Assembly: GCF_006345805.1 (NCBI RefSeq)
Contig: NC_043000.1
Span: 152,830,001-152,894,000, forward strand
Direction: 5' to 3'
Length of the DNA stretch: 64,000 nucleotides
From: Octopus sinensis
Taxonomy: Eukaryota
Shown in pieces: positions 1 through 11,636 of this stretch. Under the pieces are notes generated by a model. It saw only the letters and a list, made by a program, of their open reading frames with translations. It made no database searches and was not told the origin of the DNA. Both the position numbers and the translations under genes were made by a program. How positions within the stretch are numbered: the stretch's first letter is position 1; every line of letters begins with the position of its first letter.

Positions 1-75
1 GAAGTTGAACGCAGATAAAACCTTTCCATATAAGAAGATATTTACTTAACCTTAAGCTTGGAATAAAATACTTAC

Positions 76-140
76 CATATACACCAGGCAATACATACAG
101 CCATCACGATGAGCACGAATATTGTAGAGACGAGAAACAG
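76..140 (-). CDS. Candidate transmembrane exon (LFLVSTIFVLIVMAVCIAWCI + tg)
   Basis: ttcgtctttttcag| acceptor and ATG|gtaagt donor; 65 nt; 21 consecutive uncharged residues in the phase-0 reading. Confidence 0.6.
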
Positions 141-336
141 CTGAAAAAGACGAATATATATATTAATTTAATATAAATTTGAATAGTAAAATTTGGTGGG
201 AGGCATTTAATGTAAAGATGCACGTGTTATTGTGAGTATCTAAGTGTTTGTGAGTTTGTGGATATTTTGGGCATGAAAATGTTTCGTCGGTGCATTTTTG
301 ATATATGTCACACTTTATACATACATACATACATAC

Positions 337-368
<32 letters not shown>

Positions 369-399
369 CACATACATACACATACACACACACACATAT

Positions 400-445
<46 letters not shown>

Positions 446-510
446 TATATACATATATATACATATACATATATATATATACATATATATATACATATAA
501 TATATATATA

Positions 511-549
<39 letters not shown>

Positions 550-554
<5 letters not shown>

Positions 555-1230
555 TAGAGAAGAACCACCAAGTAGCAATTCAACAATGATATAACAATGA
601 TGTAATTAAATCTTACCATATAGAAAAAAATTAAATATGATAAAACATATACCAATAATTAAGTAAAGTACAAAATAATAAACAAATAGCATATAATTGG
701 TAAAAAGACTACACGTGTTTCGTGGCTATATTTTCAAACTGATAACAGTAAAATCAATTCAATTTAAATATAGTCACTCTTCAGGTCCAAGATAAAAACA
801 ATAAAATAATTAAATAACTTACGTATAAATATATATAAAAATACGAAATTTTACAATAAAAATCGAACAAAATACAATAATATGTCTTAAAATAAAAACA
901 CGAAATATCTTAACGAATATTATTCTCTTAACTAAATCTTGAAACTTAGTACATAGGACTACAATAAGTAGTAAATAGTAATAAAAAAACTACGCGCGTA
1001 GACTTTTTACTACTATTTACTATTTATTGTACTTCATTGATTTTTAGAATAAGTTTTTTTTTATAGTATATGTTTTCTATTTGATGTGAATAATATCTTT
1101 CTTTATTGAATTGTTTAATAGAGGTTTTTCTCTCAATTATATACATATATTATATATTGTGAAATTTGATTTAAAATTGTTAAATTGAATTTTCCCCTGT
1201 AAGTTTTGGAATTATATTCCCTACTATTAT
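550..1230. mobile_element. AT-rich hammerhead-bearing repeat, probably a Penelope pLTR or retrozyme-like remnant
   Basis: Similar sequence recurs at about 49870-50150; contains the hammerhead at 706-788. Confidence 0.55.
706..788 (-). ncRNA. Type I hammerhead ribozyme, core intact
   Basis: ggac CTGAAGA [gtgactatattt...aaatatagccac] GAA ACACGTGT A gtct; predicted cleavage between 710 and 709. Confidence 0.85.
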
Positions 1231-1265
1231 ACATACACACACACACACACACACCCACACACACA

Positions 1266-1310
<45 letters not shown>

Positions 1311-1311
1311 T

Positions 1312-1343
<32 letters not shown>

Positions 1344-1353
1344 TGTATGTATG

Positions 1354-1390
<37 letters not shown>

Positions 1391-1438
1391 CATATATATA
1401 TATATATATATATACATATATATTATATATATACATAT

Positions 1439-1468
<30 letters not shown>

Positions 1469-1472
<4 letters not shown>

Positions 1473-2013
1473 GGTGAGTCATAAAATAATGCCATTTTGT
1501 TTAGGACAGGTATAATTACCAGCACAGGAGCATGTATCATACATCAAAATGCAGCTGGTCTTCTGAGGATCACATTCCTACTTCTCAACATAGTCACCGT
1601 TTCTCTCATTAGCAATGTTCCACCTTCGAATGAAAGCATGTATCCCTGCCCCGTAAAATATTTTGTTGACTGTTCTGTGAGCCACTTCTTCACTACCTCC
1701 ACACTCACCAGATTTAGCGCCTTCAGACTATCATCTCTTCGGCGCCACGAAAGAGGGTTTGAGAGGCAGACGTTTTTCCAGTGACAAGGGAGTGAAAACT
1801 GGAGTGAAGAACAGTCAACAGAATTTTACGGGGCAGGGATACATGCTCTCATTCGAAGGTGGAACATTGCTAATGAGAGAAACGGTGACTATGTTGAGAA
1901 GTAGGAATGTGATCTACAGAGGACCAGCTGCATTTTGATGTATGATACATGCTCCTGTGCTGGTAATTATACCTGTCCTAAACAAAATGGCATTACTTTA
2001 TGACTCACCCTCG
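1469..2013. mobile_element. Non-autonomous mariner built from two inverted 3' ends
   Basis: TA-flanked ends (t/c)gagggtgagtcataa; arms of about 215 bp; internal PDLAPSDYHLFG...RRWNIANERNGDYVEK* remnant. Confidence 0.9.
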
Positions 2014-2070
2014 TATAATATATATATGATATATGTATATGTATATATATATTATATATAATATCTATTA

Positions 2071-2108
<38 letters not shown>

Positions 2109-2123
2109 ATATTATTTATATAT

Positions 2124-2182
<59 letters not shown>

Positions 2183-2357
2183 TCCATAGATGAGATGCAG
2201 AGATTCTCAGTACTCAAATGATTAAACTTAGACTCCGATGTTTTTACAGGGGATCAATTCCCCTGGGTAAAGAATGGTTATAAGAGGGATCAAGTTGGGC
2301 AGGTATGGAGGCAATTTTGCGAATAAACAAATATATATTTAATATAGCACTTTGGGG

Positions 2358-2430
2358 AAAACACCAGCATCGGTTGTCAAGCAATGCTAGGGGGACAAAT
2401 ACAGACACACAAAAACACACACACACACAC

Positions 2431-2478
<48 letters not shown>

Positions 2479-2491
2479 ATATATATATTAT

Positions 2492-2524
<33 letters not shown>

Positions 2525-2621
2525 CGACAGGCTTCTTTCAGTTTCCGTCTACCAAATCCACTCACAAGGCATTGGTCGGCCAAGGGCTATAGCAGAAGAC
2601 ACTTGCCCAAGATGCCACGCA
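2358..2621 (-). mobile_element. tRNA-headed CORE-type SINE (family 1), 5'-truncated
   Basis: Reverse complement of cttgggcaagtgtcttc core plus internal (TA)n/(CA)n. Confidence 0.85.
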
Positions 2622-3143
2622 TCAATAATTTTGAACTTAACGTCTAAAGTATAAACAAAAGACTTTCTTCTCTATACTTTCTGCAGTGGATCTTAATTCT
2701 ATTCTGATCTAGTTTTGCATTGCTGATAGCAGCCAAAATAGGTGCACAATGGAACTTAGTCCGAAAATAAGTTGTCAGAAGCGAGCTTTTTAACCATACA
2801 GTCATCCCTTCACCGAAAAGAAACTCACAAGCTATAACACCGGCGTGATTTACGAATGAATATGCAGTGTAAAAAAGATCGAAATCCAATAATCTTTGAT
2901 ATGGAGGACCTATTAATAATTTAGTTACGATATTGTAACCAGAGGCAAATTGCAGTTGATGTTAATATTATGACCGAAATCATAAATTATTTTTCTCAAC
3001 AGGAATAGAAAACCTGAAATTAACAGAAACTGAGAGTGACGCTGTTAAATATTATAGAAGGTAATTAGAATAAGTAATAATTATACACACTCGTACTCTC
3101 GCATTAAATATGTATTTAATGAATAAAATCATAATAAAGTGAG

Positions 3144-3215
<72 letters not shown>

Positions 3216-3280
3216 GATATTATGATCTTACAAGTTGCCTCCCTTGAATATTGATGTTAAATTCTGCAAAGTCGAAATAC

Positions 3281-3473
3281 TTTTACTTGTTTCTGTCATT
3301 TCATTGCGGCCATACTGGAGCACCACCTTAAAGGGGTTTTACGTCGAAAAAATCGACCCCAGGACTTATTCTTTGAAAGCCTAGTACTTATTCTATCGGT
3401 CTATTCTGCCGAACCACTAAGTTGCGGGAACATAAACACACCAACATTGGTTGTCAAGCGATGGCGGGGGTGG

Positions 3474-3514
<41 letters not shown>

Positions 3515-3579
3515 ACGAACTTCTTTCAGTTTCCGTCAACCGAATCCACTAACAAGGCTCTGGTCGACCCGAGGCTATA
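3281..3579 (-). mobile_element. SINE family 1 fragment
   Basis: Family 3' tail (gaaacaagtaaaa) and internal (CA)n. Confidence 0.8.
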
Positions 3580-3607
3580 CGTGTATATAAATAAGCATCG
3601 CCGTCGT

Positions 3608-4680
3608 CATCATCATCATCATCATCATTTAACGTCTGTTGTCCATGTTGGCATAGGTTGGACGGTTTGACTGGAATGGCACGCTGGAAGGCTGCACCAG
3701 GTTCCAGTCTGATTTGCCATGGTTTTCTACGGCTGGATACCCTTCCTAATGCCAACCACTCCGAAAGTGTAATGGGTACTTTTACGTGCCACCAGTACGG
3801 GTGCCATTTGCGTGACACCAGTATCTGCCACAACTGTGATTTTACTCAGCTTGATGGGTTTTCTTCTCAAGCACGACATAATGCCAAAGGTCTTGGTCAT
3901 TGCTGCTTGACGCCCAACACTCAAAAGGAGCTCGGCCACTTTGCCTCCATGAGGCCCAACGCTTGAAAGGAACTCAACCACCTCGCCTCCGTGAAGCCCA
4001 ACACCCGAAAGGAATTTAGCCACTTTGCCTCCGTCAGGTCCAACTCTTGAAAGGTATTCAGCCACTTTGCTTCCATGAGGCCCAGAAGCTCGGTCACTTT
4101 GCCTCCATGGGGCCCAACGCACGAATGGAACTCAGCCATCTCGCCTCCTTGAGACCCAACACTTGAAAGGAACTTAGCCACTTTGCCTCTGTCAGGTCCA
4201 ACACTCGAAAGTTACTCAGCCACTTTGCCTCCATGAGGCCCGACGTTCAAGGGTTGATCTTTTACGTGCCAACAGCACGGGTGCACTTGGTTTGACGGAT
4301 CCTCTTAAGCAGAGCACATCGCCAAAGGTTTCGGTCTCAAGTCATTGCCTCTGTGAGGTTCAAAGTTCGAAAGTCATGCTTCACCACCTCGTTCCATTTT
4401 TTTCCTGGGTCTGCCTCTACCTCAGGTTCCCTCCACAGTTAGAGATTGGTACTTCTTTACACAACTGTCCTTGTCCATATGCATCGCATGACCATACCAG
4501 CACACTTGTTTCTCCTGCACATCACATCTAATGCCTCTTATGTCTAACTTTTCTCTCAAGCTGCTTACACTCTGTCAAACATGCACATTGACATTGCACA
4601 TCCAGCGAAGCATACTGACTTCATTTCTTCAAGCCTATGCATTTCCTCAGCTTTGATAGCCCATACAGTCCTATATTTAA
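3608..4680 (-). mobile_element. RTE-clade LINE 3' fragment with (GAT)n tail
   Basis: Degenerate ORF C-terminus (YRTVWAIKAEEMHRLE...) then a UTR shared with many copies in the window. Confidence 0.8.
3932..4250. repeat. 42-bp minisatellite, about 8 diverged units
   Basis: Unit ccactttgcctccatgaggcccaacgcttgaaaggaactcaa. Confidence 0.9.
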
Positions 4681-4694
4681 GAGATGATGAATTA

Positions 4695-5037
4695 TGTACG
4701 TTATTTACATTATTTACATTCGACGGATATTTGTCCTCATCTTGTTTGTTGTTAGCACAACGTTTCGGCTGATATACCCTCCAAGCCTCCATCAGGTGTC
4801 TTGGGGAAATTTCGAACCTGGGTTCTCATTTTTAAGGTATTATTCGATGTTATTATTATTATTATTATTATTATTATCATTATAACGGCGGTGCATCAGC
4901 ATGGCCACAGCTCTGAGCTGCAACTAAAAAAAAAAAAAAACTACTATTATTATTATTGTTCAGATCACTGCTTGGAATCGAAATCGGAATCTTAGGGTTA
5001 GTAGCCCGCGCTCTTAAACACTACACCATCTGCCCGT
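4695..5037 (-). mobile_element. tRNA-headed SINE with internal (AAT)n and hammerhead-containing tail
   Basis: Head gggcagatggtgtagtgtttaagagcgcgggctactaaccc...atttcgattcc (A/B-box-like); tail contains 4754-4800. Confidence 0.75.
4754..4800 (-). ncRNA. Minimal hammerhead motif in a SINE tail (A9 read as G)
   Basis: gacac CTGATGG a ggcttg...cagcc GAA ACGT T gtgct. Confidence 0.7.
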
Positions 5038-5715
5038 GAGCATATATCCACCAAATATCCGTCGAATGTAAATAATGTGATAGCCCATGTTTCACTGCCA
5101 TGCAGCTGTTTTGATAATGCATAACACTATATATAGTAAATCCGCTGAATTACGTGGTCTTGTATTCTTCCAGGACACCAAACAAAATATATAAGCCATA
5201 AGCATAAATAAAACAAACAAATGACTGTTCTACTATTTTAATAAGAAGTTAAAAAAAAACAAGGCAATTCATAAGTTTATAACGAACAAGGTAATTCATC
5301 AATTTATCAATATTCCTGTGGTGTAATATTGACCAGGGATATTGTAATATTGACCAGAGTATGTCCAGGGTTGGGGTGGGGTTGTCCTCAATGGGATTTT
5401 GCCCTGATACCGTAGAGTTTGCCCTCTTTAACTCTAGACAGAGTTTTGTCGAAGAGTAAGGTTTTCTAGGCATGCACGATCATTTCTATGCCATTGTCTT
5501 CTATAGTATTGTATGTCTGAGTAAAGTCTAGAGCGCTGGCGATGAACAGTTTATACATACATCTGAAATCCCAGAAGATACTAACCAGTACATATAATTT
5601 CCAAATCAACAGTGACGTAGACCGCCTCTAGCTAAAACGAAAATAAGGTGGTAGAGGCTGAGTATCGATCGAAACTGCCTTCGAATGTCGCTTTATATCA
5701 CTTCGGTAACATCTT

Positions 5716-6082
5716 TTAAGGCGGCGAGCTGGCAGAAACGTTAGCACGTCGGGCGAAATGCGTAGCCGTATTTCGTCTGCCGTTACGCTCTGAGTTCAAA
5801 TTCTGCCGAGGTCGACTTTGCCTTTCATCCTTTCGGGGTCGATAAATTAAGTACCAGTGACGTACTGGGGTCAATGTAATCGACTTAATCCGTTTGTCTG
5901 TCCTTGTTTGTCCCCTCTATGTTTAGCCCCTTGTGGTTAGTGAAGAAATAGGTATTTCGTCTGTCTTTACGTTCAGAGTTCATATTCCGCCGAGGTCGAC
6001 TTTGCCTTTCATTAAGTACCAGTTGCGCACTGGGGTCGATCTAATTGACTGGCCCCCTCCCCCAAAATTTCGGGCCTTGTGC
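5716..6082 (+). mobile_element. SINE family 2, dimer
   Basis: ggcggcgagctggcagaaacgttagc head; gagttcaaattc B box; gcctttcatcctttcggggtcgataaa centre. Confidence 0.85.
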
Positions 6083-6239
6083 TGATTACACAGTCATGGA
6101 CCCCTATGGATGCATTCCATTGACTCTCTCCGTGAAGTTTTGTGATCCTGACGGTTGATCTTCAAGGAGTCCGCCACTTGGAATCAACTTAAGAAGCACT
6201 GATAGCTCAGTTGAGCTTTTCTTCTATCTCATCACAGTC

Positions 6240-7093
6240 CCATGGTTCACCGTAGTAACGAAGCTAAAGTACGCAGAGTAAAGCCGCTGGAAATCGACCT
6301 TGAACTCTGCTGTGTATGCGCATTAAGTTTTAACGTTCAAGCTCACATCCGCTGTTTAATAGCAGTGCTTGGAAGGAAGGTGTGTAGCGTGTGATCGTCG
6401 CATTGACCATAACAGAGAAAATTGAGCAGAGAATCTGCATCAAACTTTACCAAAAGCTTGGCAATACTTGCTCAGAGGCCTACACAATGTTTTCAAAAAG
6501 TTTTCATCATTCTTGACACAATCAAGGAAACCCGAAAATGTTTTGGGTCAGCTGAAAGCAGTTTTGGCACAAACTTGGCAGACACGCGTCTCATACCCAA
6601 ATCTTCAGTGATAATCGCCTGAACTGAACCGTAACTTATCTGCACATCCGCTGATAACTCACGGATGGAGATTCGATGATTTCCCCTCACAGCTGCACAC
6701 ACATCTCCGATGTTTTTCTCATTTCTGCTGGTTGTGGGGCTTCCAGAATGTTCGTCAATATCGACATTTTTTCAGCCATCTTGGAAACATCTGAGCCACT
6801 CGTACACTTGTGTGCGGCTCATACACTCCTCTCCATACATTTCCTTTAACTTTGCGTAGGCTTCTGCGCAGGTATCACCATGACAACTTTCTCTGTCATG
6901 GTCAATGCGACGATCACACGCTACACACCTTCCTTCCAAGCACTGCTGTAAACAGCAGTGGTGAGCTAGAACATTAAAACTTAGTGTGCATGCATAGTAA
7001 AGTCCAAGGTCAATCTTTGCCGAGCGGCTTTGCTCTGCGTGGTTAAGCTTCGTTACTATGGCAACAGACCAGATACTTATTGATCAGACTTCG
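6240..7093. mobile_element. Mariner derivative built from two inverted 5' ends
   Basis: + arm reads EKIEQRICIKLYQKLG; - arm reads ...ISIRELSADVQISYGSVQAIITEDLGMRRVSAKFVPKLLS; TA at 7094. Confidence 0.85.
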
Positions 7094-7121
7094 TATATAC
7101 ATATAATCGTTAGTTAATGCA

Positions 7122-7162
<41 letters not shown>

Positions 7163-7977
7163 CACACACACACACACACAAACAAGCATACACACACGCA
7201 TACACATAGTCGTTCCGAAGGTTCTCTACCATTATTATAAAACGAGATCAGTTGAATTCAGGTGAGTTTGTTAACGTGCATTGCGTCCCCACTTTCTCTA
7301 TCCCGCCTCTTCCCCATCTTCTCACCACAGACGTCTGCTTTCCCCCACTGCATTCAGTAAATCTCGACCTCAGCCTCTTCTCTCTACCGTTAATTGCCAC
7401 AGGTTTAGATTCCAGGTTAGCTTGACTATTGCTCTTCTGATCATATTCCCAGCCTGCCGGGCCACTCCTGACAATTGATCTACGTATGACGGGACAATTA
7501 AGGTAGATTATCAATGTAATATACTGTTATGAAAGTAATTAATATTTTCTTGTCCTTTGATTGCGATATTTTTCAAATGCACTCACAAAGCAACGTACGT
7601 ATTTGATGATGATGGTGATAATGATAATGATGCTGATGATGGTGGTGGTGATAGTGGTGGTGGTAGTGTTGGTGATGATGATGATGATGATGACGAATAC
7701 GATGACAACGACGATGATGATATGCAGGAGGAAGTGAATTATGATGACATTTTCATTTCACCTTTGATCACACCTTTTTTAATTCACATTTCTTAATTAC
7801 ATTTTTATATTCTCTAATTAATGAATCTATTGTTCATTTGTAACAAGCCTACAGGCGCGCTCGTGTATGTGATGGAAGGCAGTGTAAGCACAAAATTAGA
7901 ACAGAAAAAGAACTACTCCTTCCCCTCTCATGTGACAGAATAGCTATTGCCAGGGCGACATTGTTATCCAGTGGGGG

Positions 7978-8102
7978 GGAAGCACTCCGTCGGTTACGAC
8001 GACGAGGGTTCCGGTTGATCCGAATCAACGGAACAGCCTGCTCGTGAAATTAACGTTCGGATCAACCGGAACCCTCGTCGTCGTAACCGACGGAGTGCTT
8101 CC
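7978..8102. repeat. Perfect 47-bp inverted repeat made of SINE family 3 tails
   Basis: Arms 7978-8024 and 8056-8102; same sequence ends the SINE at about 58230-58279. Confidence 0.95.
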
Positions 8103-8368
8103 ATCCATAATAATAGTTACGAAGCTAAAAGTTGATCTTAGGTACTGTATTTACCGACTCCTCCTCATCAATGGTCCTTAGGCATTTTCTTTTCCTTGTA
8201 TTTTCCTAATCATAAAGGTATCCGAAGGAAGCTGATTTCCGCAACTGTTTTTTCTTGCAATCCCATACAGCTATATCTAATCGGTTGTACTGGCTTCCGT
8301 CTGTCAATTTGGACCAAACATCTACAAATGTATGTGTAAATTTGGGCAAGATATTTTGAAGAGGGTAG

Positions 8369-8612
8369 AGGCGCGTGGCTTAGTGGTTAGGGTGTCAGCA
8401 CCGTGATCGTAAGATTGTGGTTTCGATTCCTGGACCGGGCGACGCGTTGTGTTCTTGAGCAAAACACTTCATTTCACGTTGCTCCAGTCCACTCAGCTGG
8501 CAAAAATGAGTAACGCTGCGATGGACCGGCGTCCTGTCCAGCTGGGGAACACATACGCCATAGAAACCGGGAAACCGGGCCCATGAGCCTGGCTAGGCTT
8601 TAAAAGGGCGCA
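8369..8612 (+). mobile_element. tRNA-headed SINE (related head, CORE-like centre)
   Basis: tggcttagtggtt A box, gtttcgattcc B box, ttcttgagcaaaacactt centre. Confidence 0.8.
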
Positions 8613-9599
8613 TTTATTATTTATTTATATTTTGAAGAGGACTGATTGTTGCTCATGAGTGCTGCCCACCAATGTTTATCTGAGAAAGCCGCCAATTTGT
8701 GGCAGTATAATTTTGTCTTTGCAGGCGTCACAGGTAGTATGCAAAGAACTGGAACAAATATTGCAAAGCATCATCATCATCATCATCATCATCATCAGCT
8801 ATTACTATTATCATATTGATATCATCCCTTTGAATGGTCACGATGACCATGAATGCGGTGATGGCGTTTTTGCTGAATATGCGATTTTTTAACTCAACCC
8901 TAATTATCAAATTTGTTTACAGCATTCTATGTGAGTGTAGTTGATCGGATTGGTAAGTACTCAAGAATGTATGGGAGCAGAGGAAGAGACCTTAAGGAAG
9001 TATGTTGCTGGTAGAAGTGGTGAGGTGCTTTTGACATCAGTACGAGGAGAGGAGATGTTAGCGGAGGAAACGGGAAGGAAATGGAGCCCCCGGAGCTAGA
9101 ATGCAAAGATTTTAACAGAAAAATGTGGCTGTCGGTATCCATTAGTATCTGTTTCATTATCAATTTCTGTTTAACATTTTTAATTAAATCCAATTTCCTG
9201 TTTTCAAAAATTGTTTGGAGCTAAACATAAATAAAAACTACTTGTGACTAACTTCTACTTTCGCAAAGCTATGGTGTCTGTATTGAACCTTGATAAACGA
9301 ATTAAACTTGGCGCCTGCAAAAATGTGCATAGGAAGAAGATGTCTGCGGATGAATGTTCTCCTTTTCTCCAAAGTATTAGGATAAATATTCAAACATTCC
9401 GAAAGCCCTTTGTTGAGGTGAGGGTTGTGGATTTTATTTTTTCATAAAGTAGTCCTTAAAGAAAATATCTTCTAAGTGGAGCTCAGGGGAAATGTACGAT
9501 TCTGCTTTTAATCACAATAATAATTCTGATGACGATGATAATGACGTCGACGACGACGATGACAACGACGACGACGATGATAATGATGATGATGATGAT

Positions 9600-10039
9600 G
9601 ATGATGATGATCCTTTCTACTAAAGGCACAAAGCCTGAAATTTTGGGAGAGGGGATTATTCGATTACATCAGCCCCAGTGTTTCACTGGTACTTAATTTA
9701 TCGATAGGATGAAAGGCGAAGTCGACCTCGCCGGAATTTAAACTCAGAACATAAAGACGGAAGAAATGCCGCAAGACATTTTGCCTGGCGTGCTCACGAT
9801 TCTGCCAACTCGCCGCAATAATGATAATGGTTTCAAATTTTAGCACAAGACCAAAAATTGTGGGGGGCGGGCAGGTCAATTAGGTCAACCCCAATGCTCA
9901 ACTGGTGCTTATTTTATCGACCCCGGAAAAACGAGGGGCAAAGTTGACTTCGTAAGGACGGACGAAATGCCGCTAAGCATTTTGCCCGGCGGGCTAACGA
10001 TGTTGCCAGCTCGGTGCCTTAATAATAATAATAATAATA

Positions 10040-10081
<42 letters not shown>

Positions 10082-10300
10082 TGATGATGATTTTTTCGCA
10101 AGGGCAGCAGGCTTGGGGGAGAGGGGAGTCGATTATATCGACCTCAGTATTCTACTGGTACTTATTTCATCGACTCCGAAAGGATGAAAGGCAAAGTCGA
10201 CCACGGCGGAATTTGAGCTCTGAACGTAAGGACGGACGGAATGACGCTAAGCATTTTGTCTGGTGTGCTAACGATTCTGCCTGCTCGCCGATGTTCGAGG
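9600..10300 (-). mobile_element. Head-to-tail array of older SINE family 2 copies with (ATT)n tails
   Basis: About three units of the reversed family-2 centre separated by (TAA)n/(GAT)n. Confidence 0.8.
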
Positions 10301-10323
10301 GCCAGACATTATTGTGACGACTA

Positions 10324-10726
10324 AAAGAAAAAAAGAGAAACCAAGATCATAGATATAGCCATACCTGGGGATGCCTGTGTAAATGACAAAGAGCTGGAAA
10401 AGATAGAGAAATACAGACTACTAAAAGCCGAAATTGCAAGAATGCAAGCAACGAGGAGAGTAACTGTTATCCCAATCATTGTGTAGGGGCACAATTGGAA
10501 ATGACATGAGGGCAGAGCAGGCATCAAAAAACTGCTCTATTGGGGACAGCTAGGATTTTGAGATTGGTGTTTGGGTGTGTTGAGTGTCTCCCACAATAAG
10601 TTAACATCCAGGTACCAAAGCTTATAATTAACGGTATGAGACCCTGTGAGACCTCTGACAACAGGTTGCTGTCCGCTTCCACAGAATCAACCAGAGCAAG
10701 TAATCCCGAGAGCTCTGAGAAGTGAA
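10324..10726 (+). mobile_element. Dong/R4-type LINE 3' fragment, subfamily A
   Basis: IIDIAIPGD...ELEKIEKY..L restriction-like endonuclease remnant; ends in (TAA)n. Confidence 0.8.
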
Positions 10727-10744
10727 ATAATAATAATAATAATA

Positions 10745-10820
<76 letters not shown>

Positions 10821-11000
10821 TAATAATAATAAAGGTGAACTTCCAACCTGCTGTCTCTTGAGGTCTCTGGGTGACTTGGAGCCAACTTGTACAGACGTAA
10901 AGCAAAAGTCAAACATAGAACAATAATAATAATAATAATAATAATATAATAATAATAATAATAAATAATAATAATAATAATAATAATATAATAATAATAT

Positions 11001-11636
11001 AAAATCATTTATCTCTGGCTGCCCAGTCCTAGCTAAGAAGGAATATATTCACAGACATGACAGAGTTGGAACCTACATACATTGGAAGCTATGCCAACAT
11101 TATGGAATAACAACAGAAAAAAGATGGTATAGGCCACACCCAGAAAGGTCACAGAAAACGAGAAAGCAACCATACTCTGGGATATGCCGATACACACAGA
11201 TAGAGAAATTAAGGCCAACAGACCAGATATAGTTGTCAGAGATCATGAAGAAAAAAAAATGCTTTCTAATTGATGTATCAGTACCGGCAGATGACAACGT
11301 GTCTTAAAAGAAATGGAGAAACTTTCAAAATACAAAGACCTGGAAACAGAGGTAACCAGAATGTGGAATCTAAAAAACAGAAACAATTCCTATCATGTAG
11401 GTGCATTAGGCATGATAAAAAAATATTCAGACAAATACATAACAAAAACACCAGGACTTACAAACACATATAACATACAGAAAATTGCACTACTGGGCAC
11501 TGCACACATCCTACGCAGAACACTTTCCATACAATAACCATCAGAGCATCACAACAAATCACAGCACATACCCAAGGCACACAGAGCTGCGCTCGGTAGT
11601 GAAGTGAAAGCACGATGTAAAAATAAAACTACTGAA
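11001..11636 (+). mobile_element. Dong/R4-type LINE 3' fragment, subfamily B
   Basis: RPDIVV...LIDVS.P...EKLSKYKDL; flanked by (TAA)n on both sides. Confidence 0.9.

Noticed and set aside
265-285. CCGACGA directly followed by AACATTT on the minus strand
   Set aside because: No stem II; at most a deleted remnant
7210-7502. Cluster of plus-strand splice-like signals
   Set aside because: Requires a 37-nt intron or hits stops; no consistent exon chain
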